DNA of 64,000 nucleotides from Protoeuglena noctilucae (taxonomy: Eukaryota). The stretch is from the NCBI GenBank assembly GCA_958009085.1, contig OY253672.1, forward strand, positions 744,001-808,000. Reading direction: 5' to 3'. This document shows positions 51,944-64,000 of this stretch, one piece after another. Position 1 is the stretch's first letter, and the number at the start of each line of letters is the position of its first letter. A program made the translations under genes and the position numbers. Under the pieces are notes generated by a model. It worked only from the letters and a program-made list of their open reading frames with translations, ran no database searches and had not been told where the DNA came from.

Positions 51944-54010
51944 ATGTCCGTCCCCGACATTCGCATCGCCGGGAAGTACCGGCTCGGTCGGAAGATCGGG
52001 TCGGGCTCCTTCGGCGACCTGTACCTGGGTGAGGCGCGCCCGGGCCCGTCGTGCTCCGCCTAGCGTCGCTTTCGAACGTACTGATCGCGGTGCGATCCCG
52101 CTGCGGCTCCCCCGACCCGCCAGCCCGGCGAGGTCGCCTTGCCGAGTGCTTTTCGCCCCTCCGCGTCTCCCGGCGCCGTGTCCGGCGCGCATGGCCTTGC
52201 GATGCGGACTTCCGACGAGTCCCTCGATCGGCTGCCGCGGCGAGCGGCCCGGGGCAGGGGGCGGGTGCGCGGGGGACGGCCGTCCCCTTTTGACTCGCAA
52301 GGCTCCCTCCCGCGCGGCGCCTGGGCCGGTCTCAAGTGGCCCGTCGTCCCCGACGCCTTTCCACTGGCCGCGGCAAGCGCTCGCGGGCCGCGCTCGGGCC
52401 CGTCCGGGGTGCGGCAGGCCAAACAGCCTGCGTGACCGGGCTCCGCGGGCGCCGGGCTCGGAGGGTGCCCTTGACGCGCGCTTTTCGACGGCGTCGTTTG
52501 GATGACGGGCCCGACACGCCTCGCTCGCCGCGGGCCCCGCAGGGGGGCTCGGGGACGTGCTCCCGGGCCCCCGCGCCTCCGCGGCGCCCCCGCGGCCGCC
52601 TCACCAGCTCGTTTCGTTCGTTTTTTGCGGCGACCGCGCCTCGTGGCTCGCTGCCGGGGCCGTCGCGACGCCCGACCGCCCTGGACGTGTGACCCTGTCC
52701 CCCGGCCGCAGGCATGCACCTCCAGACGGGCGAGGAGGTGGCGATCAAGCTTGAGTCCATCAAGACGCGGCACCCGCAGCTGCTGTACGAGTCCAAGGTG
52801 CGCCGCAGGCCACGGGGGGGCGACGCAGGCGGGCGCGTCCGTCTGGGTCCGCGAGCGACGCGCGCCCCCGGGTCTCCCCCCCCCCCCCCCCCCCCCCTCG
52901 CAGCTGTACAAGATCCTGCAGGGTGGGCCCGGCATTCCCAACATCCGGTGGTTCGGCGTGGAGGGGGACTACAACGTCATGGTGATCGACCTGCTGGGGC
53001 CGTCGCTCGAGGACCTGTTCAACTTCTGCAATCGCAAGTTCTCGCTCAAGACGGTGCTCATGTTGGCGGACCAGATGATTTCCCGCATTGAGTACGTGCA
53101 CTCCAAGTCCTTCATCCACCGGTGCGTCCGCGGTGGCATCCGCGGGTGGGAGGCGACGCCCGCCGCGTGCACGACATAGCGCCCCGCCGAACCCGCCCCG
53201 CCTGCCCTCCCCGCGCAGAGACATTAAGCCCGACAACTTCCTTATGGGCCTCGGGAAGCGCGCCAACGTGGTCAACATCATCGACTTCGGCCTGGCCAAG
53301 AAGTACCGCGATCCTAAGACGCACATCCACATCCCGTACAGGGAGAACAAGAACCTGACGGGCACGGCGCGCTACGCGTCCATCAACACGCACCTGGGCA
53401 TCGAGCAGTCCCGCCGCGACGACATGGAGTCCCTGGGGTACGTTCTCATGTACTTCCTCCGGGGGTCGCTCCCGTGGCAGGGCCTCAAGGCGGTCACGAA
53501 GAAGATGAAGTACGAGAAGATCTCGGAGAAGAAGATCTCCACGCCCATCGAGGTCCTCTGCCGCTCGCACCCCTCCGAGTTCGTCACCTACTTCCAGTAC
53601 TGGTGAGCGCGCGTGCGCGGCCTGGGCTGGAGTGGCGGGCGCGTCTGGCCTCCTCCCTCGGTGGCTCGACGCCTTCCCGCCTCTCTCCCCCCCGCAGCCG
53701 GTCGCTGCGCTTCGACGACAAGCCCGACTACGCGTACCTGCGCAAGATCATGCGCGAGCTCTTCGCGCGCGAGGGGTTCGCCTGGGACTACCTGTTCGAC
53801 TGGACCATCCTCAAGGCGAGCGTCGCGGAGCGCCTCCGGCACGTGGCTGGCGGTGGCTGGCCGCGAGCCGCAGCTGTCGCGAGCTCAGGCAGCCTCCCCG
53901 TGCCGTGCCCGCAGTACCAGAAGAGGCAGGCCAGCCAGGGGCCGTCGCGGGGGACGCCGATGGGCGAGGGCGGGCAGGACGAGCAGCAGCCCGCCGACGG
54001 GCTGCTGTGA
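51944..54010 (+). CDS. CK1: Casein kinase 1
   Basis: [62 protein letters not shown]. Confidence 0.97.
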
Positions 54011-55080
54011 GCGCGACGGGGCGTTGTGCATGCACACTGTGACGGTGTGACGGGCCGCGGCTACCACGAGATGCCGCCCGTCACACGCGCACATCAGTCA
54101 TCACGCGGTCGCCGCGACCCCTTTGTATGCTTGACTACGACCAGGACAGGCCGATCCCGCCGTGGTGCGGCCTCCCGCTCTGGGAGCACCGCCCTCCGGG
54201 CAACGCGCGCGATTCGGCCGCGGGCTCGGCGCATCCGCGCGCGTAGATATCTTGAACGTCATCGCAGCTGTCGATCGCCGAAGCCGTCGTCGCCAGGGGG
54301 CGAGGGCACTCCTGACCCAGTGCCCTAGCCGAATTGGTGTCCCAGCTGCCCATCCCCCGCACAGCCACGCGCCGCCGCTCCACATTCGACGCATCCGCAG
54401 CCATCTCGTTTCTAAAGACACCCGTTCCGCAGACCAGACAGCGCAGGCGAGTCGGGACGGGCGTTAACGGCTCCCCGGTGGCTTCCCTCCCCTCTCTGCA
54501 GCCGGCAGGCGGGCCGGGGATGCCTTGCGCTAGAGCATCGATTCCTCTGTTCCGTGGGCGGCTTGGGGCGGGCGGGCGTGTCCCCATTTTGCCCGGGGAC
54601 GCTGATGCCTTCCGGTCCCCGCGGGGTGCCGCTCCCCCGCCTTGTCCGCCGGTCCTGCGCCCTTGCCCGCCCCCGAGGCGGTCGTATGGTGGGAAACCGA
54701 GCTGGTTTTCGCTCCTCCGCGCGCAGGGCGCAGACGCTCGCAAGGGAACGCTCCGAGACCCGAGACCGCACCGGAGAGGGGCGCGGCTGCGACAGGAGGA
54801 GGCTAGCTTACGATTTTACCCTCTCTTCTTTGGATCGCGGAATCGCTGGAGAAGAATGGTGAGCGGGGTGGGGAAATCGGGGGTGGCGACCGTCGCAGGG
54901 CCGCCGGCGGGGCTTCGTCCGGGGCTTTGGACGCATTGTTCGGCGATATGTCGGCTGGCGGCATCGTCGGCGCGCGAGCGCGTCCCGGGGGATCGGCCGC
55001 GAAGTCAACCCCCTCCCCTCCCGCAGTGCTGGGGGAATGCGGCGACGGCCGGGGCCGCCCGGCCCGTCCAGGAGGTGGAA

Positions 55081-55988
55081 ATGATGATGGACCTCGAGTC
55101 CCTGCTGGGCGGGGACGGGGAGGCCTTCGCGACCATCGACGACCTCGACGGCCTGCTGAACGACTACGCGGCCGCCCCGGGGGCCGCGGTGGCGCCTGGC
55201 GCGCCGGAGATCGCTTTCCCAAAGGCAGTGCTCAAGGTGGGTCGCCCGAGGGCTTGGCCGGCCGCGTCTTGCGCCTGGGGCGGCCCGGCAAGGTCCGCTG
55301 CCCTGGCCCACGACCCTTTTTTAATTTGCATCCCCGCCTACGGCCCCCGTCCCATCCCGCCCCGCGCAGGAGTCGGCCTCGCGTGACACGAACACGTACT
55401 CGCACGACAGCTCGTGCGCGAGCCCCCAGTCCGCCTCGGACGCCTTCGCGCCCAAGGCCACGCTCCCGCTCCTGCCCCCCGTGCTCAAGATCGAGCAGCT
55501 GTGGCAGGCGGGCCCCGTGAAGCAGCAGAGCTCGGAGGAGGCCCCCGTCAAGCAGCAGAAGAAGCGCGGGCGGAAGGCCAAGGTGACGGGCGTTCCTTGC
55601 CAACACGCACGGCATGTGCCGCCCGCGCGCGTGGGGCCTAGCGTCACCGTCACCCCCGCCGCTCTTCGCCCGCAGCCCGTGGTGGACCTGAATTCGATCA
55701 CCGACGAGCGGGAGCGCAAGCGCCAGCGCCGCCTGATGAAGAACCGCCTGACCGCGGCCATGTCGCGTGAGGCGTGAGCGCCGCAAGGTGCAGTTCAGCG
55801 AGCTTGAGACGACCGTGCAGCGCCTGCAAGAGGAGCGGGACGAGCTGCTGGCGGCGCTGCATGCCCGCGACCTGGAGTTGGCCGAGCTGCGCAACCGCCT
55901 CCAGGACGCCGAGCTCGGCCTCCTGGCGGCCACCCTCGGGGGCGCCCAGGGCCAGGCCCCCCGCTTCGGCGGGCTGGCTGCCCTCTGA
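55081..55988 (+). CDS. bZIP transcription factor, apparent frameshift in basic region
   Basis: RKRQRRLMKNRLTAAMSRE|RRKVQFSELETTVQRLQEERDELL; the two halves are in different frames because of a 7-bp duplication at 55765-55778. Confidence 0.8.
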
Positions 55989-56531
55989 CGCCCCGGCGCC
56001 GCCCCGGCGCGCACCCGTCCCGTTTCCCGTTTCTCTTGCTTTGCGTTCCAGTGACCTCGTCCCAGGGAGCACTGAGCATCAGCGCGTGCGCCGCTCGCTG
56101 CACGCGGTGCGCGGCTGCGACAATACCCTTTCACCACGCGGTCTCCTGGCGTTTGCGAAACAAGACTTTGGTTTATAGGCATCCCCGCGACTGCTTGTGC
56201 CCGTTTCTGTGCCTTCCAACCCACGTGCGATGCCCCGAGCGCGATGCTCGGGACGTCGGGCGCGTACGGTTCGCATTTCTGCTTCTCGAATGACGCGTTT
56301 GGGCGTGGCGCAGGAGCTTCGTAGCCGGTGGCACCGGCATCCGTCCCATTCTACCCCGGCGGCTGTGGCGCTGTGGTGCCGTGGAGGGTCGGGAAGCAAC
56401 ACGCGTGGGCGGCGCACTGCGCCATCCGTCTACACCCGATCCCGCGTGCCCAGAGCAGCAGGGCTGGAGGCGGCTGGGTTTCCGCCGCTCGCGCAGCCCG
56501 TCCCTTTGAAACACGCGCCATGCTCGCCGCT

Positions 56532-59500
56532 TCAAAGCTCCTCGGCCGTGACGGGCTGCACGCGCTCTAGCTCGTCGCGCCACGCGTTAGACAGCCACGC
56601 CGCCAGCCGGCCCAGCGCGTGCACGGGACACCGCACGGAAAGCCACTGGGGCGCTTCGGCGGTCCCTGCCGCCTCCCCCGCCCGGCAGCCGTGCAGCGCC
56701 ACCCCGGGAACACGCTCAGAGACCATTCGCAGGCACGACGCCACGTCCTCCGGCAGGCCGGTCGGCGCAGGCGCGCCGCCAGTGCCGTTGGGCTCGGGGT
56801 TGGCTGCGTGCCTCTGACGCTCCCGGCGCAGCACGGGCCCCACTGCAAACGCCACCACAGCTGCGGGCACGAGAACAGGCCCTGTGTGAGTCGGCAATCC
56901 GTCTTTGCGAAATGGGATAACTGACTGCTTTGGCCCATGCGGGGGTTCCTGCGAACCTGTCACAGGGCGTGGGTGGCAAGCCCACGTGACGCACTCACCC
57001 GCCTGCCCGGCGAAGCAGTGGAGGTGGGCTTGCAGGAGTGGGAGGAGATCCTTTGCCTCGGCAGTCTGAGCGAGCTCGGCCGCAGCGTCGGCGCCCTTCT
57101 GGCTCGGCCGCAACACCCACGTCAGGGGCAGCGCGGTGCCGTGCATGGTCACCGAGGTTGGCCAGCTCTCCGACAGCAGCGCGGCCCACGCGGGCGCGCA
57201 CGCGCTCACCGCCTCTAGCATGTCGCGCACGTGCCCCCGTGCCAGGAAGCCCGCCAGGGAGTCCAGGTCCACCGACCGGCCCCTGCACGCCACCCTCGCC
57301 GACAGCCCCACGCGCACCGGGCCGTCCCGGAGCCCCGGCTCCACCCGCGGGGTTATGGTGACCCTGCAAACTCATTGGAGCAGATGAGTTTTGGCAGAGG
57401 CTGCGGCAGCATGCCGTGAAGTTGGACCACACTCTGCACCGAACGGCCACGGGTGCCTCGAGACCCCGTGAGCGTGAAAATGGGGTCGGTATCTGCGGCA
57501 CGTGAAATGCCATTACAAGAAATTACCAATGTTGTCCCCATGCGAGGGAGTCAGTCGTCACCTGACCGCCTCGGCAGAGTGGCACGCCCATCCGTCCTCC
57601 GCGCGACCCAGGCCTGTGCCTCTGACATCGCCGTTCACGCCCGCCGACGCCGGCTCCTCTCCGCCACCCGCCGTAATCGTCACTCCCGCGATCCCCACGT
57701 GAGACAGGACTAACGGCACACCGTGCCGACAGACACTGCCGAACCCCTGCATGCAGCGGCACATGGCACACGTGCTCTCACGAATGGATGCAGGCGCGTG
57801 ACGCGCTCTCGTCAGGCCGCATGCGAGCGCCCGCCATTCTCAACCCACCACCGTGGCCCGCACCTGCAAGGACCTCTCGAGGGTCGCAGCGACCGCCCGC
57901 GCCTGCGCCATCGCCGCCAAGTCGCACAAGAGGGCCTCCAGTCCCTGGCCGGTCGCCAGGTCAAACTCGAGGTCCACTGTGCCCGGCGCGCCCGCCATGA
58001 ACCGACCCCGCAGAGCCTCACCGTCTCGGGCCCCGTACCCCGTCTGCCCCGCCTGACTGGCCTGACCCGCCTGCCCTGCTTGGAGCCCCATAAGGCGCGC
58101 CGTCCACAGTCGATCCCCCCGAGACGCCGTGACCACCACCTCATCGCCGCCACCCCTGCCATCCACACACGCGGCCCCTTGCAAGGCCAGAGACACACTG
58201 CTACGGTCCTCTCGCAACGTACGCCATGCCAAGTCGAATGACCGGGCGTCCGCATAGATCATCTGCAGAGGCGCCTCGGACCGCACCCACTCCAGGGCTG
58301 CGCGGACGACTTCTTTCAGATCCCGCTCCTGTGGCGTTTCGTCGGCCCCCGGGCAAGGCACGCGCGTGGCAGGGTCGGTGAGGCACGAGGCGGCTCCGGG
58401 GGGAGAGAAGGCGGCGTGCAAGGACCGCACGCGGGCGGGGCCTTGGGGCGACGGTGCCAGGCGCACGTGCAGCGCCACCCGGGGGGCCGACCCGGGGGCG
58501 TCGGCAAACGCTGGCGCCGTGAGGACCCCTGCATAGGGGCAAGGGGTCGTTGAGTGTTTGAAAAGATGCAGTCAGCTTCATCACGTTGCTCACGACCATC
58601 AGCCCCGGTCACGACGCAATTGTGCCAGATGTGAGGCGCGCCATGAACAGCCACGTGCACTGTGAGAGACCCTCGCCTGCCAGCTCGACGCCTCGGGGTC
58701 CTCTCTCCACGCGCACTCCCTCCACCCGCGCCCCGACGTCCTCCGCGACGTCTTCCAACTCCCTCAGATGCCACAGCGCCCCCAGGCGCTCCATCGCACC
58801 CACGATCGCCTCCCCAGCCGCTGCCAGCCACGCGCCTTCCCAGCCCTTCTTAGATTCAGAGCCGCTTACATTCGACGTCTCCAGGACCTCCACACGCCCC
58901 GCCGCCTCCGCCAAGTCCCGCCTCAGCCCCGTCACCACCGTCTCTGCCGCCGTCTCTTGCCACCGCGTAGTGAGCAGCGCCCCACCCATCGCCACGGTCA
59001 CCTCGCCGGTCAGCGGGAGGCACTCCAGTTCCAGAGCCACGCCGCGCCCCGCCCACGCGACGCTCATCTCCGGCTTCCCGTCCAACTCCAGCCGTAGCCC
59101 CTCCGAGGGGCCCAGCACCACCGCAGCACCCGCGCCCCCACCGCGCTCCCCCGCCGGCACCACCCGCAAGCCCCGCACCCGCACCGCCATCCTGCCCGCC
59201 CCGTCCTTCGCCGCCGCACCCACCGCCTCCCCCAGCCGCCCCAGCCGCTCCACCGCTGCCACGTGCGCAACTGCCTCCACCGCCCCCGCCACATCCACGC
59301 TCGCCACGTCCATCACGACCGTCACGTCCGCGCCAGACGGCGCGCGGTCGGCGCCAACCCCGGACTCGTCCGCGAGCAGGGAGAGCATGGGCGTCGACAG
59401 GCGCAGGCGTGGGCTGCACATGCACGTCAGGCGCCCCTCAAAAGAGACCCCGACCAGCGCGGCCAGCCCCGGCCCGCCCTGCTCGCGCCGAAGTCGAAGG

Positions 59501-61178
59501 GCGAACCCGGACGCGAGCGGCGAGCCGGGAGGGAGCGCCTCCACCCGGGCCACCGGCCCCAGGCGGCCCGTCGCGCTGATCGCCTCCCTCGCCACGCGCA
59601 CGGCGACGGAGAGCGCCACCCCGCCGGAGACTTCCCCGAGCACGGCGTGCATCACGTGGAGTGGCCCCTGGCGCATGGCCGGGCCTACCCGGGACGCCGC
59701 CCGCGTTGCCTGTGCCTCCCACCGTGCCACCGCACCCGCCACCGATGTGGCCTCGCCCGCCGCGGAGGACTCCGCCCCGTCGCGCGCCGAGGTGGTCGCG
59801 GATGCGCCGAATTCCGGGAGACTGGGCGCCGAGGGCCGTGGTCGTGCGGCGTCCAGGTCGTCAAAGCCGAGCCCGAGCGTGTGACGAATGTGACACTCTG
59901 AGGAGAGCAGGGTGTGAGGAAGTGGTGAGGGAAACAGTCGTAGTTACGGGGCGGCGGATGCCGATGACTCGGCAGGGGGGGTTAGTGGACAGGAGGGCTG
60001 CCATTGGCCATAGGCCCCGCGCGCCCAACCATGGCAGCCATGCCATGAGGAGCTGAGCTCACCTGTGATGTGGCCCTGCAGCATCGCCACGAGGTCGGCC
60101 GCCTGGTCCGGGAAGACCTGGGCGCCCAGCGCGGCGCCCGGACTGACGCTCACATCTTGCACGACCCAGTGCCAGACCATCCGCGCGCCATCGCTTGGCT
60201 CTGCGTCCTCCCGCGTCGAGGGATTCCGCTGGGCAGCCGCGCGCCGCCGCATCCGCACCAGATCGGCGCTCAAGTGCAGCGGTGCCAGGGTCAGCGTGGC
60301 GGTGTAGAGACCGGGGCAGGCGATCTCCGCGGTGCCATCGCCCAGTCGCGTCACCGCCACGCCCGGGGGCAAATCCCGCGAAGAGAGTTCCCGGGCGATC
60401 AAGGTATCCAGGTGGCTCCGGGCCGCGGCCTGCGTCAGGGGCGAGCGAACGGCACAAGATGAGCCGCTGGGGCGACCAACGCGCCCCCGAGGGGACGACC
60501 CATCGGCCTGCACTCACGCGGCTCCTGTCGGACGGCGTCCGTGCTCCTAGCGCGGAGGCCACGTCCGGGACGCAGGGAAACTCGGAATGGGCCAGCATTG
60601 CCCACGCGGTCCCGGCGGCGAAGGGCGGGGCCGAGATCCAGCGGTGGACGCTGTCCACGAGGACCGTCCTGTGCATCGCAGCCGCGACGCGATTCATGCC
60701 CATCACGTGCGACAGCGCCCCCTCCATCGCGTCCGTGCAGCCCGAGAGGGCCCGGGCTTTGGACGACCATCGCACGAGAGCCAGCGTGTGCAGCAGCCTG
60801 CGTCGGTGGCGAGGAGTTGCGCTCGCAGGCGGACGCAATCGCGACACTTGCGTCGCATGCGCAGGGCGACGTCGCTTGCCTCTGGCGGGTCTGGTGAATG
60901 TAGGACAGGAGCGCGGGCGGGTCGATGGAGCCGTCCTCCAGCAGGCTCTGAAGGCCGTCATGCGCATCCTCCGCGACCTGCCGGGGATACAGAGGGTAAT
61001 TAGCACGAGGACGGACGCCAGGCCACGCGCAGTAGGCAGCTGGGGCTCCCTGCCCATCGCTCGCCTGCGTCACGATGTCCCTCAGGGGCCGGGACTCCGT
61101 GTAGCCGGTGCCGAAAGGATCCTCCGGCACATTGTCGACGAACGGGACCTTGGATTCATCTCCGGGCGCCCCCCCCAT
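56532..61178 (-). CDS. MED14: Mediator subunit 14 (Rgr1/SWP)-like, divergent C-terminal part
   Basis: LLSYIHQTRQRLLHTLALVRW..SAPPF and LDTLIARELSSRDLPPGVAVTRLGDGTAEIACPGLYTATLTL match the MED14 N-terminal domain; 3' exon structure uncertain. Confidence 0.65.
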
Positions 61179-61684
61179 GTCGTAAGCGACGCTGGCCGAC
61201 GGGCTCGCGCTTCGGTGCCCCGCGCGTCCGCAGCCGCGCCTGGGCCCCGGCGCTGAGCTACGTCACGCTACACTCATACGCAGCAAACCATCGGCGGAAG
61301 CGATGCGATGCCAGGGCTCGCGGATGCACGGGAATTCAGGAAACAAAAGCCAACGCTACTTCCCCGAGCAATCGCGACCGCAGGTAGACTTCCTAGTCAC
61401 CCAGAGCAGGTAGGGTTGGCAGACATGCATGTCATGAGGCCACGTCTCCAGCGCATGGCATGATGGGCGCCAGCTTGTCGGCGCCAGTCGCTGGCAGTGA
61501 CGAGCGCCTGTCCTCTCGGGCAGTTGGCGAGTCCGCCGACCTCCAGTCGATCACCACACATCACTTCCTCGCGGACTGGGATCCCACCGTCCCTTGTACC
61601 GACGCTAAGGCTGAGAATTGGCCAAGCCAATTCTTGAGGCTCTTACAAGCCATCGCATTTGCTCCCTGGCCTCGCTTTCAGGTC

Positions 61685-62630
61685 ATGATTGAGAATTGCT
61701 CGATCAGCGCCAGGGGGGACATCGTCACAAGGAATGGAGGGCGCTGGCGACGGCAGCAGGCTCGCGTACGTGACGCACGTGAGGGGACCCGATGCATATG
61801 CTGCCGCGTGCTGCGCCCCTGGCCGGGAAACGACCGTCAAGGCGGTGACGTTCCGGGCGACTTCGAATACGGAAGCGATCGGTGACCGCTGCGTCTGCGT
61901 GGGCTCCTGCTGGTGGTGTTCCCGACGCTCCGTTTTGCAAGGCAGTTACCGCGTGCCCGCAGGAAGCCAAAGTTTGAGTTCGACGCCGAGCAGGCATTCT
62001 GGTTTCAGCTGAACAGCCTGCGAGACAACAACAACCCGTACGTCGACGCAGGTAAGCTGAAGCGCTCGCGCGCAGGGGCAGGGCTCCTCGCTTGATTCCG
62101 ACGCCGTTGCTCCACGCTATCCGCAGGCATCGAGGGCCTCTACAGTTTCGCTGAGATGGACCCATTCGAGAGGAGCACGTACTTTGGGTGAGAATGCACG
62201 GCAACCGGGGCCGACGCAGTTTGTGCGTGGCGAGGGTGGTCCGACGGTGCTCTCTGGACTCTTCCTGTCTTAGGAAGAACCTGGACCTGGGGCAGTTCGA
62301 GCGGTTTCGGCGAGTCCTGCACACGCCGCCATACCGGACGTTGCTCGGGTGGACGAAGCTGGATGTCCTCTCGACCCTCGCGCCGACCGAGCGAGACGTC
62401 TTCCGCCGCTTCCAAGTCGAGGTGCCACGGGGTCCCTTTTTCGAGCTTTTGGGGTGGCCTGTAGCGAGATGCAGGGCACGATGCTATCCCTGGCACCCTG
62501 CATGCAGGGCACACATGTTTTCCTCATGCACCAGCGGCAGCGGCTGGGAGGGCAGCGGGACGGGTATTGGTTTACCGTGAGTCTGCAGGTGGAGGCGCCG
62601 GGGTTCGACGTGGGCGGGCTCGCGCTCTGA
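61685..62630 (+). CDS. Conserved green-lineage hypothetical protein (probably plastid)
   Basis: QLNSLRDNNNPYVDAG|IEGLYSFAEMDPFERSTYFG|KNLDLGQFERFRR..GGQRDGYWFT; start uncertain. Confidence 0.7.
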
Positions 62631-64000
62631 GGCCGTCTGGCCAGTGAGACGGCCCACAAAGTCGCCGCCCCACCGGCCGCCCAGCGACGCGATGACGTCG
62701 CGATCGCACCCATCGCGTCCTTGTCGTTTTGGTGATAAGTCTTTGCAATTTCGCGGGGGTTATACGTCGCAGTTGGGGGGAGGCCGCACCTGGTGCTGCT
62801 GGGGACGCGCGCTGACGATTCTTCGCGCGGACTTCAATCAGTGCATGGCTCTTCGCATTCTTGGCGTCGTGCCCGGCCGCACCCTCGGCTCGCATGCCAC
62901 AGGACGAACACCGGAGCTTCGTAGCCAGCGCTGCCCCACCAGGTGCGTCGCCGGCCTCTTTGCGCGAAGCAGATTGTTGCTGTCACAATGCCGCCGGGGG
63001 GGGGAAGCCGCCGTCGCGGCCCGCGCCTCCCCTTGGGGGGCGCTGCCCCGGTACCGGTGGGGGGCCCGTCCTCGCTCTTCGCGGGCCCTCCCCTTTCCAT
63101 ATCCGAGTAAATGCGATTGTGTCTTTCCTCGCACGAGGACGCAACGCGACGGCTGCCCGCTGCGCCAGGCCGCGCGGACATCTCCCCGACCAGGCCCCCC
63201 ACGATTTGCGAGCGTCGCGGTGATCGCGGCGGGCGAGCCATGCAAGAATGTCCACGATTTGCGTCGTCGCATCGCAGGGATGTCCTCTCCGCGCTCTTCG
63301 GCGCCCGCGTCGGCCGGCGTGCTGGTGCCCCCTCCCCTGATGGCGCGCCTCGGCGGCGGCGACGGCGGCAGGTACGCGGCGTTTGGCGCGCACATATCCA
63401 TTGTTGCAGAAGTGGCATCATACAGACGCCCGCGCCGGCCCTGGCGACGTCCGCGCGAGGCGGTTGCCACGCGGATCGATCACATGCTGCGCGGGTCCCC
63501 CGGCCTGCGAGTCGCCCCGCGCCAGCGACAGCTTGGTTCCTGCGCATCACGTCCATCGCACCGTGCGCCACGTAGATGTCGGCACCGTGAACCCCAGCGC
63601 GCGGGCGAAGGCGCAAACTGGACCGTGCCCGTATGTGCAGGCTCCCGTCACAACCCGCCGGCTTGCCAGCTGGGCCCAACGAGCGCCATTCGCTGGCGTC
63701 GAACGGTCGTGGTCCTGCTAGCTACGCCGATGGCGGCGACTGCGACAGCATCTGGGCAGACATCGTGGAGGCGTCGCAAAAAGCCACGTCAGAGGAGCGC
63801 CTTGGCCCGGGAGCCCAGGAGGCCTTGCTCCGGCGGTGCGACGAGATCCAAGAACGCCTCGTGTGCCTGGGGAGCGCCGTCGGAGTCGCGGGGCCATCCG
63901 GGGCGACATCGGGGACGTGAGAGCGCCTTCGTGCGTACCAGTAGACGAGCCTCAGGTCGCGTTGGAGCTTGGTATGCCACGCCGCCGATCCCGCCACTTG

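Noticed and set aside
52029..52711. Long first introns (CK1; also RPL10A ~10545-10968) as snoRNA or element hosts
   Set aside because: No convincing C/D or H/ACA boxes, terminal repeats or TSDs seen
52876..52897. C22 homopolymer in a CK1 intron
   Set aside because: Lies in the polypyrimidine tract; simple repeat of uncertain length
1..64000. Numerous long overlapping or antisense ORFs in the six-frame track
   Set aside because: Expected from very high GC content and GC3 bias; Arg/Pro/Ala-rich and without motifs
62834..64000. Possible 3' end of a minus-strand gene
   Set aside because: No recognisable motif or consistent exon chain, so not annotated
1..64000. Stop-codon reassignment (as in some ulvophytes)
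   Set aside because: In-frame stops are explained by introns; genes end in TAA, TAG and TGA, and Gln codons are standard

Overview
GC-rich, gene-dense eukaryotic nuclear DNA, most likely from a chlorophyte green alga (plant/algal-type orthologues, transit-peptide-like N-termini, short spliceosomal introns). About 29 intron-containing genes were reconstructed by eye, so exon boundaries and start codons are approximate. Main result: a compact putative arsenate-detoxification cluster at about 0.7-6.9 kb, made of a PGK-like gene, an ArsJ-associated-type GAPDH and an ArsJ-type MFS exporter. The PGK has Cys-rich additions, the ArsJ has an extra N-terminal domain, and the cluster is flanked by an AIG2/GGCT-fold gene and an unknown protein rich in Cys-Cys pairs. 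Other notable items: a NUDIX stop codon overlapping a WD40 start codon (ATGA, candidate bicistronic locus); a malic enzyme homologue with its catalytic residues replaced; many GC-AG introns; duplicated 3' splice sites; and a 7-bp duplication that frameshifts a bZIP gene. No rRNA, tRNA, CRISPR array or recognisable transposon was seen.
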